A stretch of DNA of 64,000 bases from Promethearchaeota archaeon (GTDB lineage Archaea > Asgardarchaeota > Lokiarchaeia > Sigyniarchaeales > SOKP01): the NCBI GenBank assembly GCA_048940645.1, contig JBHLOI010000009.1, forward strand, positions 1-64,000, read 5' to 3'. The position numbers were made by a program, and so were the translations under genes. Positions 39,587 through 48,414 of the stretch are shown one piece after another. Positions within the stretch are counted from its first letter, which is position 1. Every line of letters starts with the position of its first letter. The notes below the pieces were generated by a model. That model was not told where the DNA came from and made no database searches. It saw nothing but the letters and a program-made list of their open reading frames with translations.

Positions 39587-40441
39587 ATGAATTTTAAAAC
39601 TATTAAATTTGAATTAAAAGAAAATGGAATAGGGTTATTAACTTTAAATAGACCTGAAAAGCTGAATGCTATGTCCTTTCAGATGATTGAAGATTTGAAT
39701 CAATTATTTGATCATTTGGTAATAAATTTAGATTGTCGTGTGTTAATTTTGAAAGCTGAGGGAAGAGCTTTTTGTGCTGGTTTGGATTTAAAAGAATCAA
39801 CAATCTTACAATCGAAAAAAAAACCACAAGAATTAAAGGAGAAATTTTTCTTCATTAATGTCCCAGAAAAGGATACAATAAAAGCCAAGATGTATGCTCA
39901 ATGGTATACTAGTCAACTTATAGTTAAGATGCGGAAAATCTCCCAACCAATCATAGCATTAATTAATGGTCCAGCATCAGGAGCAGGTTTTGCATTTGCT
40001 TTAGCAGCCGATATACGAATAGCTGGTCAAAAAGCGCGATTTAATAATGCATTTATTAATATTGGTTTTTCTGGTTCTGATTTAGCAAGTAGTTATCATC
40101 TCCCTAGACTTATTGGGATGTCAAGAGCAGCAGAAATACTCTATACTGGTCGCTTTATTAGTGCCGAGGAAGCAGAAAAAATAGGATTAGTATCTAAAGT
40201 TGTCGATGATACCGCGTTATTAAATGCTGCTATTGATTTAGCTGAAGAATTACTTAAGAAGAGTCCCCTAGGATTACGTATGACTAAGCAAGCTATTAAT
40301 TTATCCCTTGATTCTCCAAGTTTAGAAACCATGATCCAATTAGAAAATCGCACCCAAATGTTATGCTCGGTTTCTGATGATTTAATGGAAGGGGTGCAAT
40401 CTTTTTTCGAAAAGAGAGACCCAAAATATCCCTTAAAGTGA
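39587..40441 (+). CDS. Enoyl-CoA hydratase/isomerase (crotonase) family protein
   Basis: LNRPEKLNA, FCAGLDL, GAGFAFALAAD, FFEKRDP. Confidence 0.92.
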   Translation: MNFKTIKFELKENGIGLLTLNRPEKLNAMSFQMIEDLNQLFDHLVINLDCRVLILKAEGRAFCAGLDLKESTILQSKKKPQELKEKFFFINVPEKDTIKAKMYAQWYTSQLIVKMRKISQPIIALINGPASGAGFAFALAADIRIAGQKARFNNAFINIGFSGSDLASSYHLPRLIGMSRAAEILYTGRFISAEEAEKIGLVSKVVDDTALLNAAIDLAEELLKKSPLGLRMTKQAINLSLDSPSLETMIQLENRTQMLCSVSDDLMEGVQSFFEKRDPKYPLK

Positions 40442-40471
40442 TTAACTCTTTATTATTTTTCATTTCATAAG

Positions 40472-41374
40472 ATGAATCCCGAAAAAATTTATCAAGAGCT
40501 TAAAAGTAAACTAATAGAAGATTCAGAAGCAATTGAATTACTGATTACATTGCTAGAATCTAGTGAGGATATAAATCTTAGAATTAGAAGTTTAGAGATT
40601 TTAAGCAAAATAGATCTTGTTAATCTTAGAATTTTTAAAATTCTGGAGAATCTTCTTATTTCAGATGAAAATGAAATAATAAGATCGATTGCTGCAGAAA
40701 TTATAACGAATTGTTACATGGATAAAAGCTTAAAATCATTAAAATGGGTCATTATAAATGATGAATCTCCAATTTTGCTTAAAAAGATTAAACAACTAAT
40801 TGAGAATAAAGATCTAAATTACTCTAAAGCTTTGTTAGAGGAATATCATAATAAACTAAAGAAGATAGCCTCCATATACAGAATTAATTTTGAAGAATTA
40901 CAGCTACTTTTAGATCTAAATATAAAATTAAATGGTCAAAATTTATATCAAATGGATGCAATATTCAGCTTTATCTATGACAATAATTTTATGTGTGCTA
41001 TAAAAAAGGGGCATATTAATGAATTAAGTATGTCATTATATAATGAATTACCTACTAGTGTTGGATATTTATCTAGATTAGAACATTTAAATCTCAGCTG
41101 TAATTATTTAAGTGAATTGCCAAGTTCCTTATCAAACCTTAAACTACTTAAAACTCTTGATTTAAGCTGGAATAATTTTACTAATTTCCCGGAAGTAATA
41201 AAAAAGGTACAATCTATCGAAATACTCGATTTTAGTAATAATAATGTGGAGAAATTACCTCCATGGATAAACTTTTTAAACAATTTAATTTTTCTAAATG
41301 TAGAAAATAATAATATTGAAAAGATTCCTGAATCAATAAGATATTTAAAAAAGTTGAAATTTTTTTATTATTAA
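40472..41374 (+). CDS. HEAT-repeat + LRR protein
   Basis: LENLLISDENEIIRSIAA (HEAT); C-terminal LxxLxLSxNxLxxLP repeats. Confidence 0.85.
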   Translation: MNPEKIYQELKSKLIEDSEAIELLITLLESSEDINLRIRSLEILSKIDLVNLRIFKILENLLISDENEIIRSIAAEIITNCYMDKSLKSLKWVIINDESPILLKKIKQLIENKDLNYSKALLEEYHNKLKKIASIYRINFEELQLLLDLNIKLNGQNLYQMDAIFSFIYDNNFMCAIKKGHINELSMSLYNELPTSVGYLSRLEHLNLSCNYLSELPSSLSNLKLLKTLDLSWNNFTNFPEVIKKVQSIEILDFSNNNVEKLPPWINFLNNLIFLNVENNNIEKIPESIRYLKKLKFFYY

Positions 41375-41494
41375 CAATAATTCAGAAGCAAAACCTCGCT
41401 TGTTTTTTTTATCCAAGAATAAAAAATATACTTTAAGTAAATTTTAATTCACGCCATATTTTAGTTATAATAATTAATATTAAAGAGATTTAAA

Positions 41495-42340
41495 ATGGAT
41501 TTCAAGACTATTAAATTTGAGTTAATGGAAAATGGAATAGGCATAGTTAGTTTAAACAGACCAGAAAAATTAAATGCTATTTCCTTCCAAATGGAAGAGG
41601 ATTTGCATAACTTACTAGATGCATTAATGGTTAACTTAAATTGTCGGGTTCTTATCTTTAAGGGAGAAGGGAGAGCATTTTGCTCTGGTACTGATCTCCA
41701 GGAAGGCTTGATCTTAAATTCTAAAAAAACACCTCTAGGATATGAAACCTTTCATTATCTTAATATCCATGAACCTGTAAAAAGGAAACTATACCATCAA
41801 TGGAGAATTAGTCAAATTTATGTAAAGATGAGGAAAATAAGTCAACCAATAATAGCTATAATACAAGGAGCCGCAGCAGGAGGGGGATTTGGGTTTGCTA
41901 TGGCATCTGATATACGAATAGCAAGCGAAGATGCAAAATTCATTAACGCTTCAATTAATATTGGACTATCGGGGGCTGATACAGGTGGTAGCTATTTTCT
42001 TCCACGATTAATTGGAATGTCTAAGGCAGCAGAAATCCTATATACTGGTAGAGTTATTGCTGGAAAAGAGGCTGCAGATATTGGTTTAGTATTTAAAGTT
42101 GTTAAAACAGAGGAGCTTTTGAATTCAGCACTTAAAATTGCTGAAGAGATGTTGAAGAAAAGTCCCTTAGGATTACGTATGACTAAACAAGCTATTAATT
42201 TATCAATGGATTCTCCAAGTTTGGAAAATATTTTACAATTAGAAAATAACTCGATTGTTTTAACATTTAGTTCAAAAGATATAAATGAAGCTTCAAGTGC
42301 TTTCTTCGAGAAAAGGGACCCTAAATATCCCTTGCTATAA
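41495..42340 (+). CDS. Enoyl-CoA hydratase/isomerase (crotonase) family protein, paralog of 39587..40441
   Basis: Same motifs; high similarity to the first copy. Confidence 0.92.
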   Translation: MDFKTIKFELMENGIGIVSLNRPEKLNAISFQMEEDLHNLLDALMVNLNCRVLIFKGEGRAFCSGTDLQEGLILNSKKTPLGYETFHYLNIHEPVKRKLYHQWRISQIYVKMRKISQPIIAIIQGAAAGGGFGFAMASDIRIASEDAKFINASINIGLSGADTGGSYFLPRLIGMSKAAEILYTGRVIAGKEAADIGLVFKVVKTEELLNSALKIAEEMLKKSPLGLRMTKQAINLSMDSPSLENILQLENNSIVLTFSSKDINEASSAFFEKRDPKYPLL

Positions 42341-42356
42341 AAAAAAAAGATAATAA

Positions 42357-42794
42357 TTATTGATATATATCATAGGAATCTTTTTCCTTTTTCTCATGGT
42401 CTTCTTTTTTTTTCATGAATTCTTTTAATAATTTACTCCCCGTCTCATCACGTTTAAGTACCAGCTGAGTAAGTATATTTTGTTTCCTTTGGAGTTCAAG
42501 TAATGTATTTGCAATATGATTCATTAATTCAAATTGAATATGACACATATTTCGTTTCTCTTCTTCTCCACATTCTTCGCAATATTCTGCACATGAACGC
42601 CAATCTTGAAAAAATAAATCTATGTTTACATCCTCTACAGATAGCATATACTTTTCGCATTCTTCACAGTTTTTATCAGCCTTAATTTTTAAATCGTGAA
42701 TTAGCTTTTTTATAGTTTCAATTAACTTCCATTTTTCTGTTTCAGAAAGTTCTATAAATTCCTTTTCAGTTAAATCTACTATTTCTTCAGTCAT
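42357..42794 (-). CDS. Hypothetical helical protein with CxxC motifs
   Basis: CEEC and CAEYCEEC motifs; coiled coil. Confidence 0.65.
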   Translation of the reverse strand: MTEEIVDLTEKEFIELSETEKWKLIETIKKLIHDLKIKADKNCEECEKYMLSVEDVNIDLFFQDWRSCAEYCEECGEEEKRNMCHIQFELMNHIANTLLELQRKQNILTQLVLKRDETGSKLLKEFMKKKEDHEKKEKDSYDIYQ

Positions 42795-42893
42795 TCTAAT
42801 TTACCTTTGTAATGTGCCTATTATTATAAATGTATAATAATAGGATGAGATTTAAATTTTATAAGAAAATAAAAAAAGAGAATAATAAATATT

Positions 42894-43403
42894 CTACTTT
42901 CTGATTTGAACTTTTGGACGGATTGGAGAAGCTCCACCAAAATTGGTAATAACAGGGCAATGAGTAAATACCTTGTCCATTAATTCATTAATTTTTTCTT
43001 CTGGAGCATCAGCTTTAATTCTTATCACAGGTTCCAATTTATCGTAACCCGCAAGTTTATTATCGTCAATTCCAAAAATTGCTCCAAGATTGATATGCCC
43101 ACGAGAAAAGACTTTCAGTTCTTGGATATCGATATCCATAATTTTGGCCCAAAATTTAGTAACTGCTATAATACAAGCACCAATAGAAGATAGAATTACT
43201 AATAAGGGAGAAGGTCCTTTATTTGTTCCATCTAATCCACCAGGAGCATCTATAAGTAGTTCAAAAGGCTCTCCGGCAGGATTCCCCATTTTACAGTTTA
43301 CTTGCATACCATCAGAGAGCATTTCACATTCAATATTAAAGTTTTTCTCCCCTGCGTTCCAATCAACATTAATAGCTTCATATGTCTCTTTAAAACTTGG
43401 CAT
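42894..43403 (-). CDS. OsmC/Ohr-family protein
   Basis: GPSP...SIGACI and HCPV Cys pair. Confidence 0.88.
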   Translation of the reverse strand: MPSFKETYEAINVDWNAGEKNFNIECEMLSDGMQVNCKMGNPAGEPFELLIDAPGGLDGTNKGPSPLLVILSSIGACIIAVTKFWAKIMDIDIQELKVFSRGHINLGAIFGIDDNKLAGYDKLEPVIRIKADAPEEKINELMDKVFTHCPVITNFGGASPIRPKVQIRK

Positions 43404-43421
43404 TTTTGATCACTTTTTAAA

Positions 43422-43433
43422 GAATAATTATTC
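43422..43433. promoter_or_regulatory. Palindromic operator GAATAATTATTC between TATA box and the OsmC-family gene start
   Basis: Exact core; ttatataa at 43441-43448, nearly the same spacing as at the NifX promoter. Confidence 0.6.
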
Positions 43434-43626
43434 AAAATTTTTATATAAGATAAATAAACATTGTTTTTAAAATTGTTGATAGAATTAATTTACATTTTTT
43501 AACCTAAATTTACTGATTTTTCTTTTAAGATTTTTGAATTGATTATAATCTAAAAGGACAATTTTTATGACTATTATTATTATATTTAGGTTAATAATGA
43601 GAAATTACAATTTTGGGTAGATAATA

Positions 43627-44139
43627 ATGGAAAAAAAACCAGTATCTGAATCTAAAGTTGAAATTGCCCAAGTGATGTATCCAGAACATGCAAATCCCGC
43701 TGGGAATGTTCATGGAGGGCATATTCTCAAATTAATAGATCAAGCAGGAGCTATTGTGGCTGCTCGGCATACGCATAAAAATGTCGTAACAGCGAGCGTT
43801 GATAGTATGTCATTTATATCTCCAGCATATGTGGGAAATTTAGTATTCGCGAAAGCATCGCTAAATTATGTTGGTAGAACTTCTATGGAAGTAGGAGTCA
43901 GGGTTGAAGCAGAATGTTTAAAGACAGGTAGACATACGCATATTGCATCAGCTTATCTAACTTTCGTAGCTTTAAATCAAGAAGATAATCCCATTCCAAT
44001 CCCTCGACTCATAACCGAAACTGAAGAAGAAAAAAGACGTCATGAGGAGGCAAAAAAAAGGAGAGAAAATAGGATGACAAAAAGAAAAGCGCATAAACAA
44101 CCCCAAGAACCTTGTATAGTAAGACCTGAAAAGTTATAG
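43627..44139 (+). CDS. Hotdog-fold acyl-CoA thioesterase (YciA-like)
   Basis: HANPAGNVHGG, GRTSMEVGV, YLTFVAL. Confidence 0.93.
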   Translation: MEKKPVSESKVEIAQVMYPEHANPAGNVHGGHILKLIDQAGAIVAARHTHKNVVTASVDSMSFISPAYVGNLVFAKASLNYVGRTSMEVGVRVEAECLKTGRHTHIASAYLTFVALNQEDNPIPIPRLITETEEEKRRHEEAKKRRENRMTKRKAHKQPQEPCIVRPEKL

Positions 44140-44297
44140 AAACTTGAAAAACCTCTATCCACATATTTTTAATTTTTAATATAAAATTCTCTCTTCGACA
44201 AGAAAATTGACTCCAAACCTTTTTAAAATAATTTACATATTTTATATTTTATATAATTTTGTCTAATCCAATAATAAGTTTTTACTGGTGAGAATAT

Positions 44298-46340
44298 TTG
44301 AAAAGAAAATTCATTTATTTATTTTTAATATTCATTCTCTCTCTTAATATGACCCTTATTTTTCCTAATAACACTATGAATGAACCTTTTACAAATTCTA
44401 ACATACCAGAAGAAGGGGTATTTCGATTATCTTCGATAAACGAATGGGATTCTGATGGAAAAGAAATATGTACAGCAGTTTATAATCAAACAAATCCTCA
44501 AATATGCTATGATGGGGCAGGGGGTGCTATTATTATATGGGAAGATTTAAGAAATCCGGTTACACAGAAGGATATCTATGCTCAAAAAATTGATTCAAAT
44601 GGAAATAAGTTATGGGACAATAATGGAGAAGCTGTATGTACGTCAATTACATCTCAAATAAATCCTCAAATTTGTAGTGATGGAAATGGAGGAGCAATTA
44701 TAACATGGCAGGATTTTAGAAGTGCCACTGATTTCGATATTTATACTCAAAGCATCGATTCCAATGGAAATATAAAATGGAATATTAATTGTATTCCCAT
44801 TTGCACTTCGGAAAATAACCAATATGCTCCCCAAATTTGCATTGATGGAGTCGGGGGCGCTATTATAACATGGTATGATAATAGAAGTGGTGACTTTGAT
44901 ATTTATGCTCAACGAATTGATATCGATGGAAATATAAAATGGAATCCTAATGGTACTTTAATTTGTACAGAGATAAATGACCAATCATTACCTCAGATTT
45001 GCAGTGATGAAAACGGAGGAGCAATTATTACATGGCAAGATTATAGAAATGGTGTTCCTGCATTTGCTGATATATATTCTCAAAAAATAAATTCAACTGG
45101 AGAAGTGAAATGGACTATTAATGGAGAAGCTATATGCACAGAGAATGGAGTTCAAGCTAATGCTCAATTATGTAGTGATAAAACTGGAGGGGCAATTATT
45201 ACCTGGCAGGATTTTAGGAATTTTGCAGATTATGATATTTATGTTCAAAGGGTTAATTCTACAGGTAGTGTGAAATGGGTTATTGAGGGGTTAACTATCT
45301 GTGCTGCAAGTGATGACCAAGAGAATCCAAAGTTATGCACAGATGGAATTGGAGGTGCTATAATTACATGGGAAGATTATAGAGATGGTATAGATTATGA
45401 TCTATATGCCCAAATGGCTAATTCCAACGGAAATATTACATGGATACCTAATGGGGTAGTCATTTGCACCATAGCCAATGATCAAACTAATCCTCAAATT
45501 TGTAGTGATGGAGGTGGAGGTGCTATTATAACATGGCAAGATTATAGAAGCGCTATAAACTATGATATTTACTCTCAGCGAGTAAATACTAACGGGAATA
45601 TGACATGGACTGAAAATGGTGCTCCTATATGTACTTCAAACAATGATCAAAAAAACCCTCAAATTTGTGTCGATGGAACTGGAGGAGCAATTATTAGTTG
45701 GCAAGATTACAGATATGGATCAGATTACGATATTTTCGCTCAAAATATAAAGAATGAAGCACCATTTAGTATTTGGGATTTCTTAATAGAATATGGTTTA
45801 TATATTGGTATCGGTATAGCTTTACTTGCTCTTATTACTGCTATTGCTCTTCGAAGGAAATCAATAAAAGGGAGGAGACTCCGTGTATTTATTAGTCATG
45901 CTGTGGCTGATTTTGAGGTATATAAAATTAAAGAAATAGCTGAATATTTAGAGAAACAAAAGGAAATATCCGATGTATATTATTGTGAAGAGGATCTTGT
46001 AGGTAATATTGATGATTGGATGAAGAGGACTGTACCTCGTTGTCAACTTTTAATCTTTTTTTCCTCCGATAATTCTTTAAAATCAAGAGATTGTATGAAT
46101 GAATTAAAACTAGCACGAAAATATAATATTCAAATCACCCCAATTTTAGGAACTAATCTAAGATGGGAAGATCTAGAAGGACTAAATATTAACAGAGAAC
46201 TTGGAATGGTATACGATCCAGCTGAATTTGATAAGTTTCGCAAGGATCTGAATAACTATGTCTTAAAATTTAAAGAAGACTTAGAAAAAGAAATCCTTGA
46301 AAAAAAAGAAGGAAGGAAAGAGAAGAAAATGAAAACCTAA
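44298..46340 (+). CDS. Single-pass receptor-like protein: signal peptide, 8-repeat beta-propeller, TM, cytoplasmic TIR domain
   Basis: Eight ~55-aa repeats; TM GLYIGIGIALLALITAIAL; TIR motifs VFISHA and SLKSRDCMNEL..ITPI. Confidence 0.88.
   Translation: MKRKFIYLFLIFILSLNMTLIFPNNTMNEPFTNSNIPEEGVFRLSSINEWDSDGKEICTAVYNQTNPQICYDGAGGAIIIWEDLRNPVTQKDIYAQKIDSNGNKLWDNNGEAVCTSITSQINPQICSDGNGGAIITWQDFRSATDFDIYTQSIDSNGNIKWNINCIPICTSENNQYAPQICIDGVGGAIITWYDNRSGDFDIYAQRIDIDGNIKWNPNGTLICTEINDQSLPQICSDENGGAIITWQDYRNGVPAFADIYSQKINSTGEVKWTINGEAICTENGVQANAQLCSDKTGGAIITWQDFRNFADYDIYVQRVNSTGSVKWVIEGLTICAASDDQENPKLCTDGIGGAIITWEDYRDGIDYDLYAQMANSNGNITWIPNGVVICTIANDQTNPQICSDGGGGAIITWQDYRSAINYDIYSQRVNTNGNMTWTENGAPICTSNNDQKNPQICVDGTGGAIISWQDYRYGSDYDIFAQNIKNEAPFSIWDFLIEYGLYIGIGIALLALITAIALRRKSIKGRRLRVFISHAVADFEVYKIKEIAEYLEKQKEISDVYYCEEDLVGNIDDWMKRTVPRCQLLIFFSSDNSLKSRDCMNELKLARKYNIQITPILGTNLRWEDLEGLNINRELGMVYDPAEFDKFRKDLNNYVLKFKEDLEKEILEKKEGRKEKKMKT
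44445..45752 (+). repeat. Eight intragenic tandem repeats (~165 nt; W..NG..ICT...Q..PQIC.DG.GGAIITW.D.R...DIY.Q)
   Basis: Counted in the translation. Confidence 0.9.
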
Positions 46341-46492
46341 TTAAGATATAATTTTTTTTACTTTTTTTCGACATTTTAACAGTTTTGTTAATTAGTATCA
46401 CTAATAAAGTAAGAAAATTGCTTAAATCTTAAAAAAAAATCTTCTTCTGGTAAAAATATGGGAAATATAAAATAAAAATTAGATTTTGTTTT

Positions 46493-48220
46493 TTAAAAAA
46501 TACCTGCATCTTTGAGAATTTTCTTATGATCAAATGCTAAGTCCATAGTTCTAATCTTATCAATTGGGATTGTTTCAGCTGAAACTGCATCATCTCCACC
46601 TGCCATTCTTGAAAGATCTCGTACAAGGCGACATTTGAATGCTGTCGATACGATTTTACCTCGGGGATCACGTCCTTTCTGATCATATACTCCAATCTTA
46701 TCAATAATTTCTACGACAAGATTAGTCTCTTCTCTAACTTCTCTGATTATTGCTTGTTCAGGATCTTCGTTATATTTAATAAAACCACCGGGGAGTGCAT
46801 ACTTTCCTTTAAAAGGGGCATACTTTCTTTTAATTAATATTATATTTTGATTATCATCTTGAATAACCGCATCAGCTGTATATCCATATTCCGAGGACTT
46901 GGATTTTATTCTGCTATAAATAAAATATCCTATTGTTATAATTAAGAAAATTCCCAAAATTACCGAAATAATTAAATGCATTAATACAGATCCAGGGTCT
47001 AAAGCACTTACGCTTGAAGCAATTCTAATTGCATTTACATAATCTATTATAAATCCTGCACCTAATATGACTTGTAAGTAATATAAAGCTTTTTTAGTTC
47101 TTTTTTGGATTGCTTCGCTCCTTTTAATATATAATTCCTGCATTGAATCATAAAGCATTTTGAATTTTTCATTTGTTCTATTAATAATTACTTCCAAACG
47201 GAATTTTCTTATCAAATGCGTTAAAACTCTTGTATAATGTTGACGTGGGTTCCAATCTAATTCACTATAGATAAGACTCATCTTCGTTTGAATCATCCCC
47301 CTTAAAAACCTAAGATTCTTAGTTTTCTCCTCGATCTTTTGTAAACTCATAAATACGTCGGAATAGCGTTTCATAAATAAAACGTCAAGTGAATTATTGA
47401 TTGACATTAAAGCGAAAAGAACAGCCCTCATCTTAGGGGTAGGTTCTAAGATATGGTCTTTTATATATGGAAACTCTGTTTCATAATTTCTTTCTACCAT
47501 ATAAATGAATCCAGAATTTCTTTTAATATAGTGTAATTCAGATAAGCGATTAGATAGATTTTTTTTAACTCTTCTTTCAAAATAGTTCTCGCTATAATCA
47601 CCCCATTGACCTGCATATACCTGAGTCCAATATCCGAGAGCCTCCTTATATCTATCTATACTTTCCTCATTCCATTGAACTTCCATAGGTAGGGTTTTAT
47701 TAGAGATAACGAAAACGTATATCGGACTTTCTGTATCAAGAAGAAGGAACTGATTTTCTCTCTTTTTTCCAAATTTTTTAAGGATATCAATCGTTATAAA
47801 GGGAATCTGTTGAATCAAGTCCGATGTAATTTTTTCTTTCTTATATGGCTCATTTTTATAGTATTCGACTTCTAACTTGAAATAACCAAGTGTATTATAG
47901 ACTAAATCTCTATTATCTTCAGTATACGGGTTATTTTCATCAGTATAAGGGAAATTTTGAAAAAATGGCTCCCAATCGCACTCAATTGAAATAGAATTGG
48001 CCATTTCCCTCAATATCTGCTTTTTTTCTTCAGCATAAGGATATTTTTCTAAATATATAAATGCTTTCTTAAGATCATTTTCATTTAGGTTTTTTAATCT
48101 CTCCAATAAAAGAGCTTCTATTTCTTCTGCCTTAGTTTCTCCAATGAACTCGTTTGTATTAATAAACGCACTAATATACCAGAATTCTTTTGCATAAACA
48201 AACCGTAACTTTTCTTCCAT
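46493..48220 (-). CDS. Membrane protein: large N-terminal soluble/helical (CorA/DUF155-like) region, 2 TM, C-terminal Nudix hydrolase domain
   Basis: Nudix box GFIKYNEDPEQAIIREVREETNL; RDPR and LAFDH motifs; long stalk helices before two TM helices. Confidence 0.8.
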   Translation of the reverse strand: MEEKLRFVYAKEFWYISAFINTNEFIGETKAEEIEALLLERLKNLNENDLKKAFIYLEKYPYAEEKKQILREMANSISIECDWEPFFQNFPYTDENNPYTEDNRDLVYNTLGYFKLEVEYYKNEPYKKEKITSDLIQQIPFITIDILKKFGKKRENQFLLLDTESPIYVFVISNKTLPMEVQWNEESIDRYKEALGYWTQVYAGQWGDYSENYFERRVKKNLSNRLSELHYIKRNSGFIYMVERNYETEFPYIKDHILEPTPKMRAVLFALMSINNSLDVLFMKRYSDVFMSLQKIEEKTKNLRFLRGMIQTKMSLIYSELDWNPRQHYTRVLTHLIRKFRLEVIINRTNEKFKMLYDSMQELYIKRSEAIQKRTKKALYYLQVILGAGFIIDYVNAIRIASSVSALDPGSVLMHLIISVILGIFLIITIGYFIYSRIKSKSSEYGYTADAVIQDDNQNIILIKRKYAPFKGKYALPGGFIKYNEDPEQAIIREVREETNLVVEIIDKIGVYDQKGRDPRGKIVSTAFKCRLVRDLSRMAGGDDAVSAETIPIDKIRTMDLAFDHKKILKDAGIF

Positions 48221-48414
48221 TCTCTTTTGCCCTCATTTTATTTACATGAGATAAAGTTGTTAAATTATAATTATACTGTTATATTATTTATTACTTTTTT
48301 TTTAATAAAAATAATATTAGTTATCAATTTAAATTAAGATTTTATTACTGATTTTTATAAAACTTTTATATAAAAACGGATAAGGATATTTTATATAAAA
48401 AAAAGGTAATTGAA

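Noticed and set aside
44445-45752. Diversity-generating retroelement or DNA-level repeat array
   Set aside because: The repeats are protein-level with synonymous divergence, not adenine-specific; no reverse transcriptase in the window.
44298-48220. Canonical Thoeris/CBASS/Pycsar defence operon
   Set aside because: No SIR2, SLOG, Macro or cyclase genes; the TIRs are on signal-peptide-bearing membrane proteins among housekeeping genes.
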